A stretch of 64,000 bases of DNA from Chrysomallon squamiferum. Its lineage: Eukaryota; Animalia; Mollusca. The position numbers and the translations under genes are program-made. A model generated the notes under the pieces. It saw nothing but the letters and a program-made list of their open reading frames with translations. It was not told the origin of the DNA and did no database searches. This document shows, in pieces, positions 17,654 through 31,290 of this stretch. Numbering within the stretch: position 1 is the stretch's first letter; each line of letters opens with the position of its first letter. The stretch spans positions 11,284,001 through 11,348,000 of the forward strand of contig CM022667.1 of the NCBI GenBank assembly GCA_012295275.1, in the 5' to 3' direction.

Positions 17654-18259
17654 GCCATTTTCTGTCACATCAGAAATATTATTAAATGGTGGTGATGACG
17701 AAAAACAAGCAATAAGAAATCTTTTGAATTTTCCTTCTCATAAACAGGGTTGCACACATTTGATATAAAGTGGTCTTTGTGTGTTTATTTATACATTTTT
17801 GTATCTCCATACATCAGGTTTTAAGACTATTTTTGGTTCCAAATTAATAGCTGGGAAACATTTACTATAGATATCGGTCATATATGGATAGATATATTTT
17901 GAACGAGATACTCAGTCTTTGAAGCTTTTTTGGTACATATATCTGTATTCGAAATGAGTTCACGCTACAGAGATTTCTTCATTTGTTTTTATATATAAAT
18001 ATATTTTTTTAAATTACTACAGTGGCTAAATTCAGCCTAGTTAAATAACCGAAATGAGAATACAAAATATATTTAGACTACTTTTGCTAATGATCTGTTT
18101 AGCATTTCAGATTAGATGTATTTCATTGAAGGGAAAGATAGAAAAGAATTTGAAAACGCAGTATTAGTTTATTTGTCAATAGTAATTTTTATTTTGTAGG
18201 GCTGCCCATATCATATGTTTTCACTTAAATTTTGTTTTGTCCTTTTATACATATATATA

Positions 18260-18324
18260 ACAATCTCTGTAATCATGGAATGTTATTCTATTCTGTTTTT
18301 TTTTGTTTTAAGTTTTATCAAGTA
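18260..18324 (+). pseudogene. Orphan exon-1 (signal peptide) fragment of the E/F/G subfamily
   Basis: caatctctgtaatcATGGAATGTTATTCTATTCTGTTT...GTTTTAAGTTTTAT matches the 5' UTR and start (MECYSILF) of genes E/F/G; no donor site and no downstream exons. Confidence 0.75.
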
Positions 18325-18442
18325 TCAATAAAAACTATTTTTCTTTTTGGTTATAAACGAGTGTTTAAACTTTTCTATCCTCATAAACCATGACATATAT
18401 ATGTACTTGATAAAACTTAAAACAAAAAACAGAACAGAATAA

Positions 18443-19064
18443 CAGTTATTAATGTTGTTATTGATTACTGTTTTTGTTTGTTTAAATTAAGAGAAAAAAA
18501 TAACTAGAACGTGCAAGGTAGATAATGCAGAGACATCAATTTCCTATTCATACTGTTTGCGATTAAGATCTCTCAACTGAAATAAAACATATTTGGTAAG
18601 TCGAATCTCTCTTTAAACAGCATAATGACGTTTCGTTGAAGAATTTTTTATATTATTATGATTTTGTTTATTACTATTATTGTTTGTTTCACGTAGGGGG
18701 TAAAGAGATGAACTGTTTGAAGTTATAAGGCAAATAGTATGAACTTATTAATTATTAACTGGCTCTTCGTATTGTTTGCGACTAAGATTTCTCAACAGCA
18801 ATAAAATGTATTTGTTAATTAGAATCAGTAAAGTCTTAGTAAAGTATGATTACATTTCATCTATTTACTACCAGCAACATTCAGTTGTTCTGTCTACAAC
18901 GCATTTGACTCGGCTGATGTTGAGAGAGTGTAATTGCTAACAATATCAATAGCAAATTAATAACTGATGTCTTCGCATTATGTACCTTGCACGTTCTAGT
19001 CATGTTTTGTTTTCTCTTAATTTAAACAAACAATAACATTAATCAGTAACAATATTAATAACAG
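18443..19064. repeat. Inverted repeat, arms ~18443-18577 and ~18920-19064, of a locally dispersed repeat family
   Basis: gttattaat...aaattaagagaaaa...actagaacgtgcaaggta(g/c)ataatgc..agacatca is mirrored on the opposite strand. Related pieces occur at ~32290-32470, 35560-35650, 53780-53900 and 54885-55270. Confidence 0.75.
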
Positions 19065-19994
19065 GCAGTGCATACACAACTTTGAACTGATAGAGAAAAA
19101 GTTATATGAAATGGGAAAATAATTAGAAAAAAGTAATTAAAAATTATATTTTTTTTAAAGGTTAGCAACGATAAAAATGAAAAGTATTAACTTTTATATT
19201 TTACGTTCAGCTGGGGAAAAACAATTTATCTACAGTTTATTTCTTTAAATAATAATAATAGTAACAACATCAACAATAATAATAGATCACTTACTTTTCA
19301 AAAAAGCTTTAGACGAAAAAGAAAAGAAAAAAGTAAGAAAGAAACAAAACAGAAACAACAACAAAAGAAACCGGAATTAGAAGGGGTAAAATTAATAAAG
19401 AGAAAGAGAGGCCCGCGCATAGAGAACAAAAAGGGGGTAATTCTTTATTACGATAATGTACATATCCATCCAGCACAAACATCCAAGGTTGTGTTAAAAG
19501 AACTTGGCTTTTATATATATGGACAATATATTGATTACTAAATCCATTTTTTGGTGACAACATTTTTATTTTATTATTTATTTTTATTATTATTTTTTTT
19601 TCTAAATTCTGTTTAAAATCAGACACAACATTTTTTTATTTTTTTGTTGTTGTTATTGTTGTTTTTTGTTGTTGTTATCGTTGTTATTTTCATTATTGCC
19701 ATTATTTTGATTAATAATCATCATCATCATAATAATCATCATTATTATGCAATTGTTACTACGATTTATTATTATTGGAAATGTTAAAATGTTGTCATTA
19801 GAGATGTATTATTAATTAAAGTAACGACAATAATAACAAATACTATTTTTCCTGTTTATTCTGATCAGTAAATGAAAATGTGTCTGAAGGACAACGTAAT
19901 AATTGTTTAATTATAATTATCGTTTCTCCTTCACTCTTCTTGTATCTGGTAGTTAATTTGTCACAGTAAATCACTAAGTCAATAAAACAGCGTC

Positions 19995-20046
<52 letters not shown>

Positions 20047-20694
20047 GAATAATGATAATAATAATAATAATAATACCAAGATAACAGTAAATAGAAAGAA
20101 AAATTAACCGTTTCGTTCGGAGTCAATAAATCCGTAGTCTGATCCAAAAGTAAAATCAATCAGAATTTGATTGTTAGATTTCTGTAATGAATATTCACTT
20201 CTGACTAATCTCCGTAAAGTTAAGAATCATGACAATAAATATAAGTTCATTTAAAGGAAGAAAAATATATATAATTTTCATAATGTTTTTTGTTTTCGTT
20301 TTTTTGTTGTTGCGTTTTTTTATGTCTAGAATTAAATGAACATGGTATGTATGTATGTATTTATGTATATATGTATGTATTTATGTATATATGTAAGTAT
20401 TTATGTATATATATATGTGTCGGTGTCCTTGTGTTTATTTATGTACGTTTGTGTGTCTGTTAGCCTTTGTTCTTTATTTTTATTTATTTATTTGTTGTTG
20501 TTGCTTACTTTTTTCTTTGGTATTTATCTGTTTGCTTTTATATTAACATTTGTTTGTTTATTTACTTTTCTAAATTTTAATTTATTTTGTTTCATTTTTT
20601 TTTAAATTTAATTTTATTTAATTTATTGATTTATTGATTTATTGATTTATTTATATATTCATTTATGTTTGTTTCTTTGTTTTTGTGGGTTTTG

Positions 20695-20890
20695 AATTTT
20701 TTTTCACAAAAGTATTTTAATAATCTCGTGCATTTGTAATCGTTCCAGAGTATTTCCTTGCTGGACAGAAAAACAGTTTCCATTCCTCTCGGCATTGTTT
20801 GGCTCTAAACACTGCCAGTTTACGAAAGTGAGCTTTTGCCCATTTTCCGCAGACAAATACACCTTCATTTTTCTTATTCGTCATACCAAC
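20695..20890 (-). pseudogene. Orphan degenerate C-type lectin exon 4
   Basis: STVGMTNKKNEGVFV(W)ENGQKLTFVNWQCLEPNNA...NC...WNDYKCTRLLKYFCEK, with frameshifts. Confidence 0.8.
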
Positions 20891-21106
20891 AGTACTATCT
20901 ATCTATCTATCCATCCTTCTATCTGTTTCTATATATATATATATATATATATATTATTTTATGTATATGACATGATTAATGTATAGATGTATGTATTTAG
21001 GTTTGTGTGGCAATACTTGCGTTTGTTTTATATATATATATATATATACATACATACATACATACATACATACATACATACATACATACATACATACATA
21101 CATACA

Positions 21107-21142
<36 letters not shown>

Positions 21143-21189
21143 TATATATGTTTATGATTCTGATCTTGCTGCTGTACAGCTGGTTGAAG

Positions 21190-21290
21190 TTCGTGCAATT
21201 TCAGAAGAACTCAAGACGATGTAATGGTACAACATAATCTTCATTTTCGGCATTGTTGTGTTCAGATATTACGACTGCACTCTGTTTCTC
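21190..21290 (-). pseudogene. Highly degenerate CTLD exon-4-like fragment
   Basis: SEHNNAENEDYVVPLHRLEFF*N resembles EPNN..NEDCV....WN; an inverted paralog lies at ~55790-56000. Confidence 0.4.
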
Positions 21291-21547
21291 CACGTCTATC
21301 ACTTTTATTGTTAAAAGGTACAGATGTACAATTTTATCATTCTGACAGCGTCTTCTTTTGATACAAACAATGTAAACTAAACATATGGGTTTTCTCCCTA
21401 CTGGTGGATATTATTTTATATTAAAAAAAAACAGAGAATTAATTTCCAGACTGTTAAATAAAACGTATTTAGCTTTCGTACAAATAAATTGTTTTTTTTG
21501 TCTCATAATTTAATTGTCTAATATATTTTAATTCCATTTGACAGAGC

Positions 21548-21611
<64 letters not shown>

Positions 21612-21724
21612 AATATTATTAATGATAACAATAATAATTATAACAATAAACATTTATCCGCGTTAGCTGTATTTAATTTGATTTTTTTTTTTTTTTTTTA
21701 TATAAATAAATAAAGCAAATAAAT

Positions 21725-21807
<83 letters not shown>

Positions 21808-21904
21808 ATATATATATATATATATTATATATATATATATAAATAGATATATATATATATTATATAGATAGATGACCAAACAGACAATAAATATGAACCT
21901 ATAT

Positions 21905-21947
<43 letters not shown>

Positions 21948-22272
21948 TTACAATAGAAAACAATATCTAAAATTTCAAAAATTGTTTTGTCGTTCATGTA
22001 CTATCGATTATTTACCCGTAAAAAGTTTATAATAAATAACGACTTGATCGAACAATATCCATGGATTTCTGAATTAAAATTTAATAACATATGTTCTGTC
22101 ACAAATGAAATAATGTTTCTGCTAGATTCGATATTGTCTGAATCAATATGAATTTAGTGTCATTTAGTTCCTTCTGTTTGCTATCATTAATTTTACATTA
22201 CAATATTGTCTCCTGTTACTAAAACTGAAGCAAGCAGTCCGAACATGCCAATAAATAAACTAGAACAACATT

Positions 22273-22320
<48 letters not shown>

Positions 22321-22629
22321 TTGATTATGATGATGATGATAACAATAACATTAATAAAATTGACAACAACAACAACAACAACAACAACAACAGCAATAAG
22401 AACCACAAAATCAACACTGCTGCTAATAATAACGCGCCAGTCAAAAGGTGCCCAAGCTTTCTGTTAAGATTTTTACAGAATTTTGAAATGAAAATTATGA
22501 GAAAACTACAATTAATTATGGTGTGAAATTCTGACCTGATTTGACCAGAGTACCGGAGAGGTTTTGATTTGTTACCTAATAATGATAATGATGACGTCAT
22601 TATTAAATATTTGTTCCTTTCAAAAAAGA

Positions 22630-22685
<56 letters not shown>

Positions 22686-22722
22686 CAACAATAATAATAA
22701 TAATGATAATAATAATAACAAT

Positions 22723-22758
<36 letters not shown>

Positions 22759-23165
22759 ACAAAAAAATAATGACATTAACGAAAACAATAATTACTATCA
22801 CTACTACTACTACTACTACTACTTCCACTGCCACATTGCTACAACTTATCAAAATAAACATAGCGACGACGACGACGATAATAATAATAATAAAAATAAT
22901 AATAATAATAACGGTATCAGAAAGTGTTTTCACATCTCTATTCTGATTAATAAATGAACGTGTAGAATATACAAAATGAATTCATGTCTCTCAAATAACA
23001 GACAATAAAGATAGTTATTGACTGACCTTGAATCTTACTATTTTGTTTTGTACTTGCTTGCTAATGTGACTAATGAAATAATAATGTAATAAGAAGTCGA
23101 AAGAAAGAAATCGTTACTATCTCGTGATTTCGTGAAGGCCGTCATTTCTGGTTTTTCTTTACCGT

Positions 23166-23886
23166 TCAAAAGACTATTTCGCAAATAAAACCAAACACGT
23201 ATGTGCATCGCTCATCATACCATTGTCCGGTAGAAGGTACAAGAGCGACGCAGTCTTCACTTTCATCAACTGAACCGCCCATTTGACCAGAACTCCACGA
23301 CGTAAATGTAACATTATTTCCATCTGTCCAGATAAACTGTCCTTCGTTTCGTAGATCAGTCAGTCCAATGTAAAACTTAGTGTTGAGCCCTGTGAATTGA
23401 TGAACAACAACAAACAAAGTAAATTTACTTCTACTACTTCAATAATAAACAACGACTAACAACCCTACTACAACAATAAAAACATAAATATCAATACTAC
23501 AATAAATGTTATTACCATTACCACAACAACTAATGTCGCCGCTACGTCTACAGTTAATACCATTACTACAACAACTTTAATTATTATCATTACAACGACC
23601 ACTATCATGTTACTGATGCTATTTCCAACGTTTCCTCTACTTCAATAACTATTACCTTTACAGTTAATATAAAAACTGATAGTACTGATACTACTGCTGT
23701 TACTATTACAGCAATTACTACCCCAACAAATACAACAATTAATTTTACAGTTATAGTCACTACAATTACACTACTACTAGTGCAACAGTTATGTCTACTA
23801 CTTTAAAACGCATTAATAAACACAGCAACGTCATTACTAACAACAACAGAACAACAATAACAACAGGAAAAATAAACACCAACAAG

Positions 23887-23946
<60 letters not shown>

Positions 23947-24331
23947 GTAGTAGTAGTAGTAGTAGCAGTTCTAGAGACCCTGTTTTTTCTGTCATAATAA
24001 TAAAAAAAAAAAGATTAAATGAAACTTAACCAGTATTGGTTTTTTTCACGTATGTACTGACTGCCGAGTTTTTTTCTTCTGTGTGTAAAACAATCAACCT
24101 TGAACCAAAAGATCTGCAAACATCACGTGCGTCCTGCCAATGTTTCTTCTCCTCGAAGATTCGGAAGCAAATTTTCTCATCTTTTAAATAAACAAATCCA
24201 CATTCAGTTGGGCACGAACCTAGAAAACATTTCATGCAAAATTTATTCATAAGAATGTACAATAAAATGTTTTATTTTGATTTAATAATAACGATTCTTT
24301 GAATGTTTTTAACATTACATATCTGCTGTAA

Positions 24332-24416
<85 letters not shown>

Positions 24417-25229
24417 TTCCTAAAAATTTGGTTCTGACGAAGGTAACTATAATAAGAAAATAAAATCTAAAATCCAAATGATGGAAACCAGAAATAGAAA
24501 AAGATAACGAAGACTAAGAAAAAATATGTGAGTAGCAACAACCATGACGAAGTAATATTAATGATGATGATGACGATGTTATTGATTATTATTAATAGTA
24601 AAGAGAGAAAAAAAAATATTTTTGGTAAAATTGACAATGTCGTAGGATAGTTGTGATTTGGTAAAACATTTAAACGACTTAACATGTTATGTTTTACTAA
24701 TAATATTTCTAAAGTATAACACCTCTAACAAGGTAGAAATGTCGCCATCCTGGTGACGTTGAATCGTCTGACAACATCGCCATCGTCCTAGAATGTAGAC
24801 GACACGTCCCATCGTTGTTGTAAGAAAACGACTGACAGTTATAATCATTTCCACATCTTACACAGCAGCCTACGACAGAACTGATGTTAGACAGAGAAGA
24901 CAAGATGTAACTTCTAATATCTACGTCGTCTGCCGAATGATTCCTTTTCCAAAGCGAAAATTCAGTGCTGAATTTAGAAGAAAAAAATTTTAAAAAAATT
25001 ATGAAAAGAACCTACGAATCTCTTAAACGGCTACCGTTCCATTATCAGCCTTCACGTTTACAAGCTGAAAATAAAATAAATGAATATAAAAGAGAACTGC
25101 AGTAATGAAGCTGTTAATGTTCGTTCAAATTTGAAAATAATTTTGTGTGTCCAATACGTACGTGTTTGTAGTTGAAGTTACCGAAACAGAGAGCATCCAT
25201 ATTGAAAAAATCATTGAGTATTTCTCCAT
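23166..25229 (-). CDS. Gene D: secreted PAN/Apple + C-type lectin-like protein (~241 aa), non-canonical QMG/WYD motifs
   Basis: Exons 25162-25229 (MEKYSMIFSIWMLSVSVTSTTN), 24723-24967 (PAN: CCVRCGNDYNCQSFSYNNDGTCRLHS), 24031-24219 (SCPTECGF...CFRIF...WQDARDVCRSFGSRLIVL) and 23166-23389 (FYIGLTDLRNEGQFIW...WSSGQMGGSVDESEDCV...WYDERC...FICEIVF*). GT-AG, phases 2-1-1, 726 nt. Confidence 0.88.
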
Positions 25230-25780
25230 CTCTAATAAAATTACATCTGAACTGATCGACTAATTCCTAAGTAATAAAAGCTCTACAAATAGCGATGGAG
25301 TGAAAAAACGATACATTTTCGATTGCTGCTGAAATACATTCAAGAAATATGATATGGTACGTTTATTTATTTATGCCCGTTAAGTTTGTTTTTTTCCATT
25401 GGAAATCAAGAAATGTAACAATGTATTTAGTAGCTTTCCGATTTTCACTTCAGTTGTTTATCTCATTATGTTCTCGTTTTGCTGATTGATATTATTAACT
25501 GATATTTTCATTAAAATTTCAAAGATTTTCTCATATAAACAGGACAAGTTCGATCGGTTTTGCAATACATGATATCACAAGGGTTACGGTGCCCTAAATA
25601 GGAGGAAAAAATAACAAAATAACAAAGAAGAAAAAAAAGACAGAAAAATAAAACTACAAACAAAAACACACATATTTTAAAAAAAAAGAAGAAGAAAAGA
25701 ATAAAAAGAGAAAGAAACAAACAGCAAGGCTTTTTATTTAAAACGTTAAACCATTTATGTTTATTCAGATTCACTATAGC

Positions 25781-25812
<32 letters not shown>

Positions 25813-26532
25813 CAAAGACACGGACTGATTTTGAAACATCGCATTGATAATATACACAAAGCTGATGTGTATGATAAATGCTGTTTTGGGGTGTAGAGTG
25901 TGTTTGAATTAGTCAGCTTATACCGAAAGTGAAAATGAAAATAAAAGACAGAGAAGAGAAGGCTAAGTAACAAAGAGAGACTGTACAAAGGTTTCATTTA
26001 AACTGTTGAAATTATGAATATCATTAGCTTTAGTAATGAAATAATAATAATAAGTTAGTACAGTTATCATCTCGTTCTTGATCCTTGAAATCGTATCTTC
26101 CGTCAATTTAGCTATTCTATTAGGTGTACGGGTTCTAATTTTTTTTTTTTTTTCCTTTTCGTCTTTCTATTTTCATGCGTTTTAACAATTTATTTATTTA
26201 TTTATTTATTTTTTTTTTTATTGTAGTTCTGTTTATGGATGGTACATAAATTCATATTCCAAAATGAATACGAATGATTAAATTCAGACATGAAAACATC
26301 CTCATTTTAATGAATCTATATTTATTGTCATGAATCGTGACTTTACGGAGATCAATCATCAATCAGTCGATGATATTGATTATGTAAATCTAACAATACA
26401 ATACTGATTGATTTTACTTTTTTCTAAACTGTAGAACAGACTACGGATTTATTGACTCCGTACAAAACGTTTAATTTCGTATTTGCTTTCCCTCTCTTTT
26501 CTTTTCTCTTTTCTTTTTTCTTCTTTATATCT

Positions 26533-26589
<57 letters not shown>

Positions 26590-27923
26590 GTCTGTTTACG
26601 CACTTACCATCAGACAGACGACAGTTTGAAAACAAATAAAATATTAGTTATTAATATTAATTACCTTTCTTCAAATAAATAATCTTTATACGATTCTGTT
26701 TAAATGTTACTATTATTATTCCAGACACAATCTGCGTTCTGTTTGCTCTTTCACTGTTATACGAGCTTATACTTACAGGTTTAATTTGTGAAAAACTGTT
26801 TACAAAGTTAACTTATAATCATACACCTTTTCAGCTGTTTTTAATAAGAAAACGTTATCTCCGAATGATCTATATTTATCTAATGCCTTTAGTAACGTTT
26901 ATCGTTAGATTCATTCACCCTTTGATGAAGATTCGCCTGCTTCAGGAAAACTTGTTTATACGTAACACTAACAGTAGAAATGCATTATTTCAGATACATG
27001 ACAGAATAGTGTTAATTATGAAACATAACATCCGTGTCCCACTTGCAGTGTGTCTGACCATGTGTCACACCGTCCATTTTATTCCAAATATTTCTGGCTG
27101 TGTATCTCTGTTATTTATTTATTCACATAGCTTTCTATCTAAATATCTATCTCTTTGCCTCACCATGTATCTCACAGTAATTTGTTTGTTCAGACAGTAA
27201 TCGTCTATCTATCTATCCATCTATCAGTCTTTCTATATATCTATCTTTCTGCCTGTCTGTCCGTCTGTCTATCTATCTCTGTCGGTATGTTGGCCTCTCT
27301 CTCTATCTCTCTCTCTCTCTCTTTGCCTACCTGTAAACTTGTGTATCTACCTATCTGTCTATGCATAATATAGATTAAAAGGGACAAAAAATGGTTATTA
27401 TTATTTTTTTTTATTTTTTTTCTATGAAAGAAAACAAGAACGTAATAACAAAATACAAAAATACCAGCTGTAATGCATTATTAAGTATAGGGATTATTTT
27501 CTCTGTTGCAAAAATTCCAGTTTAACGAGATATGGACAGATTCTCTTTAAAGAGAAGGCAGAATTAACATAAATAAGAATAACTGAAAACTTGCTTGCTT
27601 GGTCATTACAAAGATTAAAGAAAATTTTAAAACAAACAAACAAACAAAACAAATGTATTCGGTAAACGTAGTCAATACGTAAGTCCGGAAACAGACAGAC
27701 AGACAGACAGATAGACAGACAGATAGACAGACAGATGCAGAGAGACAAAGAGGCAATGATTACAAATAGATAAATAGCAAAACAGTTTTATTATTGACAG
27801 TTTACACACCCACAAATATCAACAACACAGAATATCAAAGAAAACCATGTAAACAAATATGATGATGATGATAATGATTACAATAATATCTAATATTAAA
27901 TAAATAATAATAATAATATAATG

Positions 27924-27972
<49 letters not shown>

Positions 27973-28099
27973 TGATGATGATGATGATGATGATGATAAT
28001 AATAATAATAATAATAATTAAAATGAGAACAACAACAACTACAATGTTTCCTGTATTCTGCATCACACAAACACAGTGACACCTAAAGACATCCTACAG

Positions 28100-28344
28100 T
28101 CACACTGGTATCTCACACATATAGTTAAATGACAGCCAACATCTGTAGTCGTTCCAGCGTCCATTATCAGATCCCAGCAATACACAGTCCTCTTGTCCAC
28201 CGGAATTGTTTGGCTCCGGAGGAAGCCAATTAGAGAAAGTGAGATTATTTCCATTTTCCCAGACAAACACACCTTCATTTTTTTGATCCGTCAAACCTAT
28301 AGCTAGGAGAATATTCCCTGAGTAAAAAGATGAAATTGCTTAGA

Positions 28345-28385
<41 letters not shown>

Positions 28386-29479
28386 TACATACACATAGAT
28401 GCATGCATACGAAGATATATACATACATACAAACACATTTATGCACAAAACAGTTATTTATGCCTGCAGTAAAAAACAAATAGCTGGATATCTTCTCTCT
28501 CTGTAAGTGTATATGTATGTGTGTGTTTATATATATTTATATAGAATGATGGATAGATAAATATACATAGAGAAATGCACAGATATATATTTGCATACTT
28601 AAATGAATAAATAATAGTGTATATATTTTTTACATACCTGTTTCACTAATGAATCTCAGATAATTGGTGACTGCTGAATTCTTCTCCTCTGTGTCCAAAA
28701 CAATCAGTCGAGAACCAATCTTGTTGCAGTCGTCTTGAGCTTGCTTCCACTTTTTAACTGTTGTGGACATTTTCAAACACAAACCAACATCTCGTAGTAG
28801 AACGAATCCATCTTTAGTTGGACAGTGTCTACAATAATAAGAATGAACTTGTTACGAAAACACCTTTAAAACTGCTTTCTTTGAATTATTAATGTGTTCT
28901 TATTTTCAGTAATTGTGGATAAATTGGCATAAGAGTGATCACTGGCATGAATTATCTCTCTATCCAGCTAGATAGCTATCTTTAAAATGAACAAAATAAA
29001 TATTAATTATAGTCATTTACCTAAAAGCATTGAGTAATAGCGACTGCCTGTTGAAGTCACAGACTTTGCAATGTCGATTCGGTTCACTGAGTAAAGCTTG
29101 CAAGTTCGCTCCTCACTGTTGTACGAAACTGACAGACATTTTTCCTTATTGACACAGTGCATGATACACTGAGATACCACTGTGACGTCATCTGTAGAGG
29201 CGATGACGTTTTCCGTCATTGTTACGTCGTCAAGTACTGAATTCTTAATCCAACGAAACTGTTTAGAGTTCAGGCTAAAAACAAGGTTATAGAAATCAGT
29301 TAACAGAAGGCAGCTTCTGAATATGTGTGTATGTATGTATGTATGTATGTATGTATGTATGTATGTGTGTGTGTCAGTTTCTGTGTGTTTACATATCTAT
29401 TTATCCCCTGTTTAGCTATGTATAATATTATATAGGTAGATACATAGATAAATATATAAACACAGACACACACACACAC

Positions 29480-29519
<40 letters not shown>

Positions 29520-29633
29520 AATAAAAAAGTTTAAATAACACATTTATAATCAAACAGAAAATTATATTTATAGATACCTGATTGCCGCAGATATAAAACT
29601 TAAAACAAGAAACAGAACAGAATAACATTCCAT
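28100..29633 (-). CDS. Gene E: PAN/Apple + C-type lectin (EPN/WND); 1-nt deletion at the exon 3 acceptor (young pseudogene, alternative acceptor or assembly error)
   Basis: Exons 29578-29633 (MECYSVLFLVLSFISAAI), 29021-29274 (PAN: CIMHCVNKEKCLSVSYNSEERTCKLYS), 28638-28828 (191 nt versus 192 in F and G) and 28100-28317 (WLPPEPNNSGGQEDCV...WNDYRC...YMCEIPV*). No other lesion seen. Confidence 0.7.
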
Positions 29634-29669
29634 GATTATAGAGACTGTTACTTGTAAACTCCTCTCTTT

Positions 29670-29704
29670 ACTGACTTACAACGTACCCAGATGTTACCTT
29701 TATA
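29670..29704 (-). promoter_or_regulatory. TATA box + initiator-like core promoter of gene E
   Basis: Minus strand TATAAA (29704-29699) with TCAGT (29674-29670) ~30 nt downstream, ~37 nt before the ATG; the same arrangement occurs in gene G. Confidence 0.55.
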
Positions 29705-30249
29705 GACTGATTTCTATAAATTATCTCTGCAAATACAAGCACATGTGATAATCAAATAATTGAAGAAAAAAGGAAGTAAAAGAATATTAATAACTGATAT
29801 TTTAGTTATGTTCCGAAAACTAATATGAATCATTATTGTATTGTTAGATTTGTGAAATCAATATTCTCTTTTGACTGATCACCGTAAAATTAAGAATCGT
29901 GACAATAAATGTAGAATGGATTTATTTATTGTCACGTCTTCAGTGTTTGGTCTGCTTGTTTCAGTTTCACTAGCAAGAGATAATAAATTAATGTGCAGTT
30001 AATGATAGCTAAAAAATAATAGCTTAGTAACACTTAATTCATATTCATTCAGAGAACGAAACGTTTGTTTGTTCGAATCTAGCGTGAACATTATTTCAGT
30101 TGTGATGGAGCGTATGTTGTAAAATTTTAATGAAAAAAAAACACGTGGAAATTGTTTGATCTCTATGAGACGTTTACATCTATTTTATTTTATTTTTGTA
30201 TTTGTTTATTCATTTATGTATTTATTTGTTTTCTTACTTACATAATTAC

Positions 30250-30291
<42 letters not shown>

Positions 30292-30889
30292 GTTATGACG
30301 TACTCTCCAGAAAAAAAAAAAAAAAAGATTTTCTATTTAGTTCATTCAAATTAATTTAATTTTTATTTCTTTAGTCAGAAAAAAAAAACTATTTTGAAAA
30401 CATGCAGAATTAGCTGAAACAGAGACAAGAAACAAACTAATACTGAAGACAAAGTCGATCCGATTAAAACCCGCAACACAGCGATCTGTGTTTTTGTTCT
30501 TAATTACGTATGTTTGTGTTTTTAATCATTATATTTATTTATTTTGTTGTTGCATTGTTTCTTTCTTTCTTTTTTTTTTTCTTGTATTTATTTGTTTGAA
30601 TTTTTTATTTAAATTTTGTTTTCTTTTTTTTACTTTATTCAATTTTAATTCATTTTGTTTGAATTTATTTTTTTTATTTATTTATTTATTTGTTTTTATG
30701 GATGTCCATTTTTTTTTTTAATCTTTCTATTATTTTATTTTGAAATTTTTTTTCTTCAATTTTTTTAAAATTTATTTATTTATTTATTTTTTAATTATTT
30801 ATTTTATCTTTGTTTTAATGGGTGTCCATTTTTTCTTAATCTTTTTATTAAGATAATTTAAACAAATTAATAAAATGTCTTATAAAGAA

Positions 30890-31290
30890 TCGTTTTCCAC
30901 AAATATATTTAAAATAATCTCGTGAATTCATAATCGTTCGACTCTTTCGTTGGATGACAGAAAAACACAGTTTTCATTCTCCATAAGCGTTGTTTGAATG
31001 TTAAACTGTTCAATGTCATTTAAACAATATTTTTGTAAAATATCTTCAAATAAACAGTAATCGTCTGTCCACAAAACCCTTACCACCATCATCTACGAAT
31101 TTGTAATCTATCCATCCCTCTATCTCTTTCGTTGGATGATAAAAAAATCTATTCTGTTTTCATTCTGCAGGTTGGCGTTGTTTGATTTCTAAACTCTGCA
31201 AGATTTGGGAAAATAATATTCATTTTCAGCATTTTTCCCAGACAAATCACACCTTCATTTTTCTTATTCGTCAAACCATCAGTACTCAAT
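30890..31290 (-). pseudogene. Orphan degenerate CTLD exon 4, partly duplicated internally
   Basis: STDGLTNKKNEGV(F)VW and SNNAYGENENCVFLSS...NDYE.TRL..KYICGK fragments; paralogous to 20695-20890. Confidence 0.65.
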
